A stretch of DNA of 62,553 bases from the NCBI GenBank assembly GCA_028867335.1, contig JAGWGN010000003.1:1-62553 (forward strand). The letters run 5' to 3'. Below the pieces are notes generated by a model, which saw nothing but the letters and a program-made list of their open reading frames with translations, ran no database searches and was not told where the DNA came from. Each line of letters starts with the position of its first letter. Position 1 is the stretch's first letter. Below, one piece after another: positions 54,106-62,553 of the stretch. The DNA is from Candidatus Micrarchaeota archaeon. Lineage in GTDB: Archaea > Micrarchaeota > Micrarchaeia > Micrarchaeales > CABMGC01. A program made the position numbers and the translations under genes.

Positions 54106-54969
54106 ATGGGAGATGGCCTTTTTTCAAAGATTAAGCTCATTTTCAACGAAGTTTTCATAGGCATGATACTTTTTGTTGTTGTGCCGACTGCCATATTGGG
54201 GGTCGTTGCTTCAGGCAGCATCAGCCTGCTTAATGTTCTTGGGGCAGTCTTTCTAATCGCGGTGTTGCAGATCACCCCGAATGTTCTAAACAACTACGTC
54301 GACTGGGAGATTGACAGGATAAACAAGAAGCGGACAGAGATGCACAAGAGGATCAAGAAATCCTCACTGCCAATAATGGCGCTTGTGCTTGTTCTTACTA
54401 CGATACCGTTCTTCGTATACGGGAACATCTACCTTAGGATCGTGATGGTGATAGCGTACTTCATGATGGTTAACTACAACCTTCTGATAAAGGCAAAGGA
54501 TGTTCTGTTCCTAAACTATGCCTTCATCGCGCTCTACTACGGGCCGCTGGCATTCGCGGTCGGCTTCTTCTTTTCATTGCCGAACCTTGCCCTGTTTGAA
54601 TCGCTTGCCTGGATGCCACTCTTCATCTTCCTGGTGAACATGGGGTTCTCCGTGATAAAAGATTACGGGGATGTGGAGGGGGATAAGGCACTAAACAAGA
54701 TGACTCTGCCGGTTGTTATAGGTGAGAAGGCGACGCTGGCTTACCAGTTCATTTTGATAACAGCGGTGTTTGCTGGGATGATTTACTTTGGAGTTACAAG
54801 CTTCGGCTGGACTCTGTCTGGGCTTCTCATCATACCTTACGCAATTGCGATGTATGCGATGAGGCTTGTATCAAAGCCAAAAAACAGCTCGGTGTACGCC
54901 AAGGCCAGCAACATAATAAGGATTAACGCGTTTGTTGTGATGGCGATCCTGTTCCTTTACTTCATCTGA
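54106..54969 (+). CDS. UbiA-family prenyltransferase
   Basis: NNYVDWEIDRINK and KDYGDVEGD Asp-rich motifs; polytopic. Confidence 0.85.
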   Translation: MGDGLFSKIKLIFNEVFIGMILFVVVPTAILGVVASGSISLLNVLGAVFLIAVLQITPNVLNNYVDWEIDRINKKRTEMHKRIKKSSLPIMALVLVLTTIPFFVYGNIYLRIVMVIAYFMMVNYNLLIKAKDVLFLNYAFIALYYGPLAFAVGFFFSLPNLALFESLAWMPLFIFLVNMGFSVIKDYGDVEGDKALNKMTLPVVIGEKATLAYQFILITAVFAGMIYFGVTSFGWTLSGLLIIPYAIAMYAMRLVSKPKNSSVYAKASNIIRINAFVVMAILFLYFI

Positions 54970-55498
54970 CTTCGCCGGGATTAAACTGAGATGCTGGCTT
55001 AAAAATAAATCTGCACCTTGCCGCACCTGATCCTACGCACTCCATTTCGGCGCATTCTATGTCCTCCTTGAATGCAATCGAAAGGGCACCGGCGATAAAT
55101 CCCCTGACGATATGGTCGCAGGGGAGCTTAACCTTCCCCTTGAGGCCCTCAGAGACAGGGGAGTTGAGCATTGTTATTGACCCTGACTTCTTCTCTATTT
55201 CAAGGGACTCCAAAGTGAGCAGCCCCCATCCGGAAAACGAGGATATCTCAAAAAGCCACTTTATGTAGTCGTTGACGCTGAACTTGTAGGTTCTAACATC
55301 CTTGGTGACGATCTCCTTGAAGCTCGTCTTTGCAGACTCGTATAGGCTGTGCGTCTCTTCTGGGCTGCCCTCAATCGCCTTTGTGAATTCAAGGAGGAAG
55401 GTGGCGGGCGCCATCACGATCCTGTTTGTAAACAGGGAGATGCTGCCCTCCTTGAAGTCTATCTGCCTTGCGACCATTAGTTTCTCGAAAAAGTTCAT
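54962..55498 (-). CDS. V4R-domain protein
   Basis: GWG, PCDHIVRGFIAG, EMECVGSGAARCRF. Confidence 0.82.
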   Translation of the reverse strand: MNFFEKLMVARQIDFKEGSISLFTNRIVMAPATFLLEFTKAIEGSPEETHSLYESAKTSFKEIVTKDVRTYKFSVNDYIKWLFEISSFSGWGLLTLESLEIEKKSGSITMLNSPVSEGLKGKVKLPCDHIVRGFIAGALSIAFKEDIECAEMECVGSGAARCRFIFKPASQFNPGEVR

Positions 55499-55509
55499 CC
55501 AATCTCTTT

Positions 55510-56292
55510 TTAGAGCTCCTCTGCCGGCCTCACGACTATCCCGTTCTTTATCTCTATGTTATGCACGTACGGGCTGTGGTTTGTGTCTCTCATCTTGAGC
55601 ACCGACATTGTCCTAACATGCTTTGCACCGATCAACTCGTTGTGCATGTGTATTATTCCGTCGCACTCGAACTCGCTGACTCCGTCGACCGTGAGCTTCT
55701 GACCGCTTAAATCGCCGTAGGTTATCACAATGTTTGTGGTTCCAAGATTTCTGAGTTCTGCCAAAATCAAAAATATCATCCTCTCCGCGGAGTTACCGGT
55801 GTAGAATATCTTATCCCCCCTGTCCTTTACCGTGGAATCTTCACCTGAGCCGTTCACAGATACGCTCGAGGCGATGCTTCCTGCGTAGCCCAGAGGTATC
55901 GTGAAGAGGTCCAGGTTTATTGAGAATGTCGCAAGGCTGTCAAAGACTATTCGCTTCGCGTTTATCTCCTTCTTCACCTTCTCGATCATTGCAAAAAGGT
56001 CAAACTTCATCTGGTTGAGCGGGACCTGCAGCAAAAAGAGCTTGCCCTGCTTCTCAAGCGACTCTAGGTCCCATCCGAAGGTCTTTGCCTGCTGCCTGAG
56101 CATAGGAAGCGATGAGTCCACCGAGATGTAGAGGCTGTTCTCGCCCTTGAGCGCGCCCTGATATGCATACTCGAGCGCGAAGATCGACTTTCCGGTACCC
56201 GGCGCACCCGTGATCAGGATGTTGGAGCCCATCGGAAGGCCTCCCTCTACCAAAGCGTCAAACCCCTCTACCCCTGTTGCAACCCTATCCAT
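55510..56292 (-). CDS. Single-domain KaiC-like (RecA superfamily) ATPase
   Basis: TGVEGFD, GAPGTGKS, RIVFDSL, DGII, VLKMR. Confidence 0.88.
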   Translation of the reverse strand: MDRVATGVEGFDALVEGGLPMGSNILITGAPGTGKSIFALEYAYQGALKGENSLYISVDSSLPMLRQQAKTFGWDLESLEKQGKLFLLQVPLNQMKFDLFAMIEKVKKEINAKRIVFDSLATFSINLDLFTIPLGYAGSIASSVSVNGSGEDSTVKDRGDKIFYTGNSAERMIFLILAELRNLGTTNIVITYGDLSGQKLTVDGVSEFECDGIIHMHNELIGAKHVRTMSVLKMRDTNHSPYVHNIEIKNGIVVRPAEEL

Positions 56293-56568
56293 AATACCCA
56301 GCCCAATTTAACATAAAACCTGTCATTCTATAAATTATTCGCCAGGAACAGCAGAGTTGACGTCAGAGAGGGGCACGAGCCAGCATGCCCAGTGCCTGCC
56401 TATCTGATGTTTCCACCCCCACAAATTCCCTACTATCTCTTGTGCCGAGCCTGATATATAAAGCTAATCCGCGGGTTCGGCTCAGGCTTATATACCAAGC
56501 CTAACTTCCACAATTCTGGAAGGATTTTAGAGCTCAATTTAAAGAGGATCAGATAGTATGGTATTTGA

Positions 56569-57087
56569 TTATCTTTGGGCTTTCTTAAGAGAATCTGCTA
56601 GAAGTTGCTCGATGTCGGAATTTGCAGAGTCGATAGAATGATTATAAAGTTTTAATATACCCCTCACAGCATGTGAAATTGTTGCTAGTAATTCGGTGTC
56701 AGAAGCTTTCTTAGCTGCTTTGATAGCATTAGTCGCATCTGCAACTCTCTGTTTTAAGTTTATCTCCGAGTATTCGGTATCTCTTATGCCTTCCATTAAC
56801 AATTTTAGGTGCATGTTTGCGGCAATTTTCCAGTGCTTTATCGAATCCTTGTTTTTACCCAGCATATTGAAAGTAGTAGCTGCATTTTCCACAAGTGTTA
56901 TTATTTCCTGATACTCCTTATAAATTTCAGGATTATTTAAAGAATCGGTGTCAATTCTTTTAAGCCTTAGACCAGCTAATTTAATGGAAATTGCTGCTGC
57001 GGATTCTAATTTTTCTGCGGTTTTAGCTTCTAGCGTAGTAACTTCTTGGTTTTGTTTTTTAGAAAATTTTAATTTTTCTGTTGACAT
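56569..57087 (-). CDS. Hypothetical helical protein (AT-rich islet)
   Basis: 172-aa ORF in AT-rich DNA. Confidence 0.6.
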   Translation of the reverse strand: MSTEKLKFSKKQNQEVTTLEAKTAEKLESAAAISIKLAGLRLKRIDTDSLNNPEIYKEYQEIITLVENAATTFNMLGKNKDSIKHWKIAANMHLKLLMEGIRDTEYSEINLKQRVADATNAIKAAKKASDTELLATISHAVRGILKLYNHSIDSANSDIEQLLADSLKKAQR

Positions 57088-57199
57088 TTGAACACAGTAA
57101 TTAATCTAACTTTCAAAAGTTTAAATAGGTATGTTATCTGTTTGTCCAGAGGACATAATAAATATATATCAGAAACTTGAAAAATTATTTGGTGGGGTC

Positions 57200-57931
57200 T
57201 TGAAGACATATTCTGCGATATTACTATGTGGCGGAAAGGGCACTAGACTTCGGGAATTGACAAAAGATGAAATACTGAAACCGTTGCTTAAGGTTGCTGG
57301 GAAAGAATTAATCAATTATAGTATAGAGTTATTTGAGCCGAACGTGGTAAATAAGTTGGTATTTGCGGTAGATCATAAAGCGGAGCAAATTGAAACGTGG
57401 ATAAAAAATCAGGATTTAGGTTACAAGTTTGAAATTTCAAAGCAAATTGCACCAGGGGTTCTGCAAGCATTAAAAGATGGTTCGACATACGCAGAAAATG
57501 ATATCATATTTTGTAATACAGATGAGATTAGAAAAAATCTCAATCTAAAAGAAGTTATTAGAACTCATGAGAAATTTGATGCTCTCGCAACGGTGGTTTG
57601 CACATACACAAATAATCTATTCAAACACGGGGTTATTCAATTAAAAGACGATTTCACAGTATCTGGAATTTTAATCAAAGATAAAATGTACCAAAATAAA
57701 CCGCTGGAAGTTGGTTTGGTAAATTCTGGCTTTGTTGTCATGAAGAAAGAAGCAATAAAGTATCTTGATGGTAGGGTAGACAAGGATTGGAATGGTATTA
57801 CTACCCCATTAATTAGTATGGGGGAATTAAAAGCATACATTGATGAAAGAATAGTCTTCTTTAACTCTAACACTGCCGAACAATACTATGAGGCGGAGAA
57901 TTATCTAAAAGATAATTCTGGAAAGAATTAA
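57200..57931 (+). CDS. Sugar-phosphate nucleotidyltransferase family protein
   Basis: AILLCGGKGTRL...KPLL; likely TTG start after GGTGG. Confidence 0.8.
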   Translation: MKTYSAILLCGGKGTRLRELTKDEILKPLLKVAGKELINYSIELFEPNVVNKLVFAVDHKAEQIETWIKNQDLGYKFEISKQIAPGVLQALKDGSTYAENDIIFCNTDEIRKNLNLKEVIRTHEKFDALATVVCTYTNNLFKHGVIQLKDDFTVSGILIKDKMYQNKPLEVGLVNSGFVVMKKEAIKYLDGRVDKDWNGITTPLISMGELKAYIDERIVFFNSNTAEQYYEAENYLKDNSGKN

Positions 57932-58444
57932 AGAAGCTAAGGCCGCACTATTCTTCCATTTTTTGTTAGCGATCTGTTTTTTTAGATCACGTCTAGAAAC
58001 GGCGCGCACGGAAGTTATTGTTTCGCTCATTTCTAATTTTTGCTTTTGAATCAATTTGACATTCTTCGCTCGAACTACATAAATTTTATGCATATCTTTT
58101 GAAGGATAATCGTTGAGAACTCCCACATATTTAAAGTGGCCTCCGGAAAAACCTGTCTCTTCTAATAGCTCTCTTTTTGCAGCTTTTATTAGAGGTTCGT
58201 TTGATTCTATTAATCCGGCAGGTAAAGCTATTTGGAATTGGCCAGCACCATGCCTATACTCTTTTATTGTGATTACCTTATTCTTCTTGTCAGTCGGTAC
58301 TATTAGAACTACATCGGATTTTTTAATCAAGGTATAATCATTTAGTACAGTACCATTAGGCAATTTTACGATATCTTCATAAATTTTTACGAATTTAGAG
58401 TCAAATACTCTTTTCCTCTTGAGTACACGCCATTTTTTGTCCAT
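57905..58444 (-). CDS. NUDIX hydrolase (ADP-ribose pyrophosphatase-like)
   Basis: PAGLIESNEPLIKAAKRELLEETG. Confidence 0.88.
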   Translation of the reverse strand: MDKKWRVLKRKRVFDSKFVKIYEDIVKLPNGTVLNDYTLIKKSDVVLIVPTDKKNKVITIKEYRHGAGQFQIALPAGLIESNEPLIKAAKRELLEETGFSGGHFKYVGVLNDYPSKDMHKIYVVRAKNVKLIQKQKLEMSETITSVRAVSRRDLKKQIANKKWKNSAALASLILSRIIF

Positions 58445-58507
58445 TAAACCATATTTTAATGGAATTTTCTCATCTTTAAATGTTTCCAAATTATGTGAAA
58501 AATTTAT

Positions 58508-59219
58508 TTATTTCCTGCAAACAAAACAGGTTGAACCTGCTCTGAACTCTTTGCCCTTAAGTATCTCGACGCTCTTGAACCCTGCATTTCTAGCGGCAGA
58601 TTTGAGATCTGTAATGGAGAAGAACCCAAACCTTATCTGGTTGCTGTAAGTGTGGAACTGTGCACCATCCCTTACTAGATACTCAAACTTGAACAGAAGC
58701 TGATTGCCTTTGCGCTCAACCTCGTCAAATCTTGCAATCTGCAGGTTCTTTTCGCTGTGTCCCAGCACGCTCTTTTTGTTTTGGTCGAAGAAATCCTTGA
58801 GTAGTGGAGTGTTTATATCAAATATTAGGGCGCCGCCCTTCCTTAGGTTAGCGGAGATGTTCTTTAGTGCGGCAAGCAGCTCCCTTTTGGTCCTGTTGAA
58901 GTAGATTCCGTTGAAGATTGCAATCGCAGCGTCAAATGGCAGATCCGACTTGAAGCTTTTCATGTCAGCAACAAGAAACTTTGCTGCCTTCACGCGCTTT
59001 TGCGCGTAATCCACAAACTTCTCGCTCGTGTCAATTCCGGTCACCTTGAAACCCATCTTTGAGAGTGTCAGGGCGTGGTCGCCCCTGTTGGACCCGATGT
59101 CTAGAATCCTGCTTTGGCCCTATTTTCATGGATTTTAGGAGCTCTGCCAAAAGTGCCGCTTCCGCCTTGTAGTCGCGGTTGGAAAAAAGCTTTTGCTGAT
59201 AGAGCATCTTGTCTGGCAT
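58508..59219 (-). pseudogene. Frameshifted class I SAM methyltransferase
   Basis: N-terminus RDYKAEA...KIGP continues in another frame as SRILDIGSNRGDHA...GFKVTGID; shift near 59113. Confidence 0.7.
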
Positions 59220-59349
59220 AACCCGTTATTGGAGGGGCAAACATTAAGAAACGGCTTATTTTGATGGTTTTTTAGCGGAAGTTGAGGGTTTGAAGGAAGG
59301 TATATAAACAGAATAAGCCAATATAATATCAACTTTTTAAAGTGATTAT

Positions 59350-59775
59350 ATGATATCAGGTCTTAGAATAAGCCATGTGGAAGCAAGCAGGACAAACGAG
59401 GAAGCGATAATGAACATGAAGTTCAACATCAACTTCGATGCGGTCAAGGTCGAGAGCGAGAATGTGCACGTAGACTTCACATTCGTAGCAAACTACGAGG
59501 GAGGAGAGGCCTCGAAGGCAACTGAGGTGGGAATGCTTAAGATCGTCGGGACGATCATGTCAAAGGAGAGCAAGAAGGAGGCGGATGAGATATCCGCCGT
59601 CTGGAAGAGCAAGAAGACCCTGCCAATCGCATTCGCGGAGGGCATAATCAATTTGCTAAACTTTGAGTGCGGCGCAAGGGGAACTTTGCTCGCATCATCG
59701 ATTGGCCTGCTCGCGCCACTGCCTCTTTCAAGGGCAAAGCTCTCTGAGCAGCCTGCAGCCGGAAAGAGCGCCTAA
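59350..59775 (+). CDS. Hypothetical protein (possibly SecB-like fold)
   Basis: Beta-rich N-terminus, helical C-terminus ending GLLAPLPL; upstream of polB. Confidence 0.65.
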   Translation: MISGLRISHVEASRTNEEAIMNMKFNINFDAVKVESENVHVDFTFVANYEGGEASKATEVGMLKIVGTIMSKESKKEADEISAVWKSKKTLPIAFAEGIINLLNFECGARGTLLASSIGLLAPLPLSRAKLSEQPAAGKSA

Positions 59776-59825
59776 ACGTTCTTTCTTATTCTTTTTAGCT
59801 AATTTTGGTTAGCGTCAATGATTGC

Positions 59826-62255
59826 ATGGAACAACTTGAGCTCAGGGGGATAGTGCTCGACGCAGACTATGCGACAAGGGACGGAAAGGGGATGATAAGG
59901 CTCACCTTCAAGTCCGATGGCAAGATCCACTTCCTGACAGATCCTAACTTCCTTCCCTACTTCTACCTTGTCCCGAGCAGGCAGGACCTTGACCCGAAAT
60001 CACTTGGTGACATCACGATAATATCGGAAAGTGAGGAGGAGGTCCGCGCAAAGGCAGTTGAGCGCGCAGAGCTTCTGGTAAGGGGGAAGAAGACTGAAGC
60101 ATTCAAGGTGACGCTTTCAAGCCCGAGATTTGTGACAAAGATGAGCCAGGCCTTTGAGGAGTTCGGAACAGTATATGAGAAGGATATCGTCTTCTGGAAG
60201 AGATACCTAATCGACAAGCAAATCTCGCCGCTTGCACAGGTGAGGGTCCTCTGCCATGAGGAGAGCGGACTTCTTGTGATAGACGAGATTGCAAACGAGG
60301 CAGGGAACGCAAAAGAGAGCCTGAGCGGAATCTGCTTTGACATTGAGACCTACAACCCGCTCGGGGTGCCCAGAATCGAGAAGGACCCGGTGATCATGAT
60401 CAGCTACTCCTGCAAGGGGGAGGAGTATGTTCTTACGACAAAGAAGATTGACAGGCCGTTCATAAAGTACTTCGAGACCGAGAAGGAGATGATCCAGGGA
60501 TTCATCGATGCGGTGAAGAGGCTCGACCCGGACATAATAGTCGGATACAACTCATCTAACTTTGACATCCCCTACCTTATGACAAGGGCGGAGAAGAACA
60601 AAATTGTCTTTGACATAGGAAGGTACGAGGGCGAGGAGCCAAAGAAGCAGCACCACGGGCTTATCGACATCGTCCAGATACCGGGAAGGATAAACTTTGA
60701 CGCGTACAATGTCGCAAGGTTCGTCTCGGTTGTCGGGGCATCGGAGAAGGTCATCAAGGTCAACAACTTCAAGCTCTATGAGGTCTACAGGGCCATCACA
60801 GGAAAGGAGAAGAAGATGGTTGAGAGGGGGGCGATCTGGGAGCTTTGGGACAAGGGAGGGCCGGATTTAGACGAACTCGCCGAGTACTCGCTTGGAGACT
60901 CAAAGTCGCTTAAGGAGCTCTACGACTTTTTCCTCCCGCTTGAGGTTGAAGTTGCAAGGGTCGCTGGAACGATTCTCTCAGAGGCGTGCGTCTCCACAAC
61001 AAGCCAGCTAGTCGAGTTCATGCTGATGCGGTATGCGCAGAAGTTTGGGGAGATGATACCGAACAAGCCCGGAGACAGCACGATACAGGAGAGGATGGCA
61101 AACCCATACGAAGGGGCCTATGTCAAGACTCCGGAAGCGGGAATATATGACAGGATAGTGGTGTTCGACTTCAAGGGGCTGTATCCGTCAATCATCATCG
61201 CACACAACATAGATCCTGCGACTGTCTGCGATGATTGCACGGATTACTTCGAGTCACCAGACGGGGTGAAGTTCAGGAAGGATCGCGTCGGAATCATGCC
61301 GATGCTGCTAAAGCTGCTCATTGACGAGAGATCTGAAGTTAAGAAGGCATACAAGAAGGACCCTGACAACAAGTCGCTTGGGGCAAGGTCGACCTCGCTT
61401 AAGATCATCGCAAACGCATTCTACGGATATCTTGGCTACGCAAGATCGAGATGGTACTCGCGTGAGTGCGCATCAAGTGTCACTTCGTATGCAAGACTCT
61501 ACATCACAAAGACGATTGACCAGGCCGAAGCTGCAGGATTCAAGGTCCTCTACAGTGACACTGATTCAATATTCATAATAATCGCAGAAAAGACAAAGGA
61601 TGACGTCAACGCATTCCTAAAGAAGGTCAACGCCTCGCTGCCCAACACCATGGAGCTAGAGCTCGAGGACTTCTACACACGAGGGGTCTTTGTTGGCAAG
61701 AGAGGAGGGGACGGGACTGCTGGCGCAAAGAAGAAGTACGCGCTGATGTCCGAGTCGGGGAGGATAAAGATAAAGGGATTCGAACTAGTCAGAAGGGACT
61801 GGGCAAAGATTTCAAGGGACACGCAGCTTGCGGTCCTTGAGGCAATACTAAAGGAAGGTAGCAAGGAGAAGGCAGTCAACATAGTCAAGGAAGTGGTTGA
61901 GAGGCTAAAGTCAGGAACCGTTGAGATCAAGGAGCTTGTCATGAACACGCAGCTCAGGAAGGGAATAGGAAGCTACGACATAAAATCGCCAGAGCTTGCA
62001 GCAGCAAGGAAGGCGGTTGAGAAGGGGGTGAGAAAGAAGGAGGAGCTGGTCGGATCATCGATAGGGTATGTGATAACAAAGCACGGAAGCAGCATCTCGG
62101 AGAAGGCGGAGGTCTGGGAGCTTGCAAAGGACTATGACGCGGATTATTACATTGACCACCAGATAATACCTGCAACGCTTAAAATCCTAAAGGAACTAGG
62201 ATACAATGCAGACGAGCTGAGGACCAAGGGCTCGCAGAAGAAGCTTGGAGGGTGA
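59826..62255 (+). CDS. polB: Family B DNA polymerase
   Basis: Exonuclease FDIET and YNSSNFDIPY; polymerase DFKGLYPSII, KIIANAFYGY, YSDTDS; KKKYA. Confidence 0.96.
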   Translation: MEQLELRGIVLDADYATRDGKGMIRLTFKSDGKIHFLTDPNFLPYFYLVPSRQDLDPKSLGDITIISESEEEVRAKAVERAELLVRGKKTEAFKVTLSSPRFVTKMSQAFEEFGTVYEKDIVFWKRYLIDKQISPLAQVRVLCHEESGLLVIDEIANEAGNAKESLSGICFDIETYNPLGVPRIEKDPVIMISYSCKGEEYVLTTKKIDRPFIKYFETEKEMIQGFIDAVKRLDPDIIVGYNSSNFDIPYLMTRAEKNKIVFDIGRYEGEEPKKQHHGLIDIVQIPGRINFDAYNVARFVSVVGASEKVIKVNNFKLYEVYRAITGKEKKMVERGAIWELWDKGGPDLDELAEYSLGDSKSLKELYDFFLPLEVEVARVAGTILSEACVSTTSQLVEFMLMRYAQKFGEMIPNKPGDSTIQERMANPYEGAYVKTPEAGIYDRIVVFDFKGLYPSIIIAHNIDPATVCDDCTDYFESPDGVKFRKDRVGIMPMLLKLLIDERSEVKKAYKKDPDNKSLGARSTSLKIIANAFYGYLGYARSRWYSRECASSVTSYARLYITKTIDQAEAAGFKVLYSDTDSIFIIIAEKTKDDVNAFLKKVNASLPNTMELELEDFYTRGVFVGKRGGDGTAGAKKKYALMSESGRIKIKGFELVRRDWAKISRDTQLAVLEAILKEGSKEKAVNIVKEVVERLKSGTVEIKELVMNTQLRKGIGSYDIKSPELAAARKAVEKGVRKKEELVGSSIGYVITKHGSSISEKAEVWELAKDYDADYYIDHQIIPATLKILKELGYNADELRTKGSQKKLGG

Positions 62256-62261
62256 AGGCTC

Positions 62262-62553
62262 ATGAAGATCTTGTTTGTGTGCAGAGGCAATATTGGGAGG
62301 AGCCAGATGGCGGAGGCGTTCTTTGCCAAAATGTCAAAAAAGAATAGCGCAACTAGCGCAGGGACGCACTCTAGAGAGGAAGGAGTTGAAGGAGTAAAAT
62401 TAGGAATCGGAAGATGGGATACTCCGGATGCGATGAAGGAGATAGGTTTCGACGTATCGGATAAGGTTTCAAAGCAGCTTACTCCGGAAATGATAAATAG
62501 TGCAGACAGAGTAATTGTCATAATGACTGATGAAGAGAGTAAAAGGTTGCTTC
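62262..62553 (+). CDS. Low-molecular-weight phosphatase/arsenate reductase family (truncated by window edge)
   Basis: MKILFVCRGNIGRSQMAEAFF, SAGT; not in the ORF track. Confidence 0.85.
   Translation, partial: MKILFVCRGNIGRSQMAEAFFAKMSKKNSATSAGTHSREEGVEGVKLGIGRWDTPDAMKEIGFDVSDKVSKQLTPEMINSADRVIVIMTDEESKRLL

Overview
Archaeal chromosomal segment, most consistent with a DPANN/Micrarchaeota-like organism (inferred from gene content). It is mostly housekeeping genes: RNase HI, rps8e, Cgi121, XPF, Rio1, aIF-1A, aIF-2beta, AlaRS, CarS, MBF1, FEN1, RFC-L, PheRS and PolB. Other loci are a TPR-AAA ATPase split by a LAGLIDADG intein, a type IV pilus locus with about six class-III-signal pilins, an Ehr (hydrogenase-4-related) membrane complex next to a beta-carbonic-anhydrase-like gene, a tmk-glyA-thyX-nucleotidase cluster, a KaiC-like/V4R pair and an AT-rich islet. 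RNA genes read directly from the sequence are SRP RNA, a C/D box sRNA and three tRNAs. The four most striking observations are: (1) a 41-nt tRNA-Ser(UGA) intron containing a textbook K-turn and a guide whose D+5 position targets the wobble U34 of its own tRNA; (2) an intact Ehr operon whose small subunit has lost all four Fe-S cysteines, predicting a complex with no redox cofactor; (3) aIF-2beta apparently initiating at CUG; (4) an SRP RNA that seems to lack helix 6. All protein calls are by motif recognition; no database searches were run.
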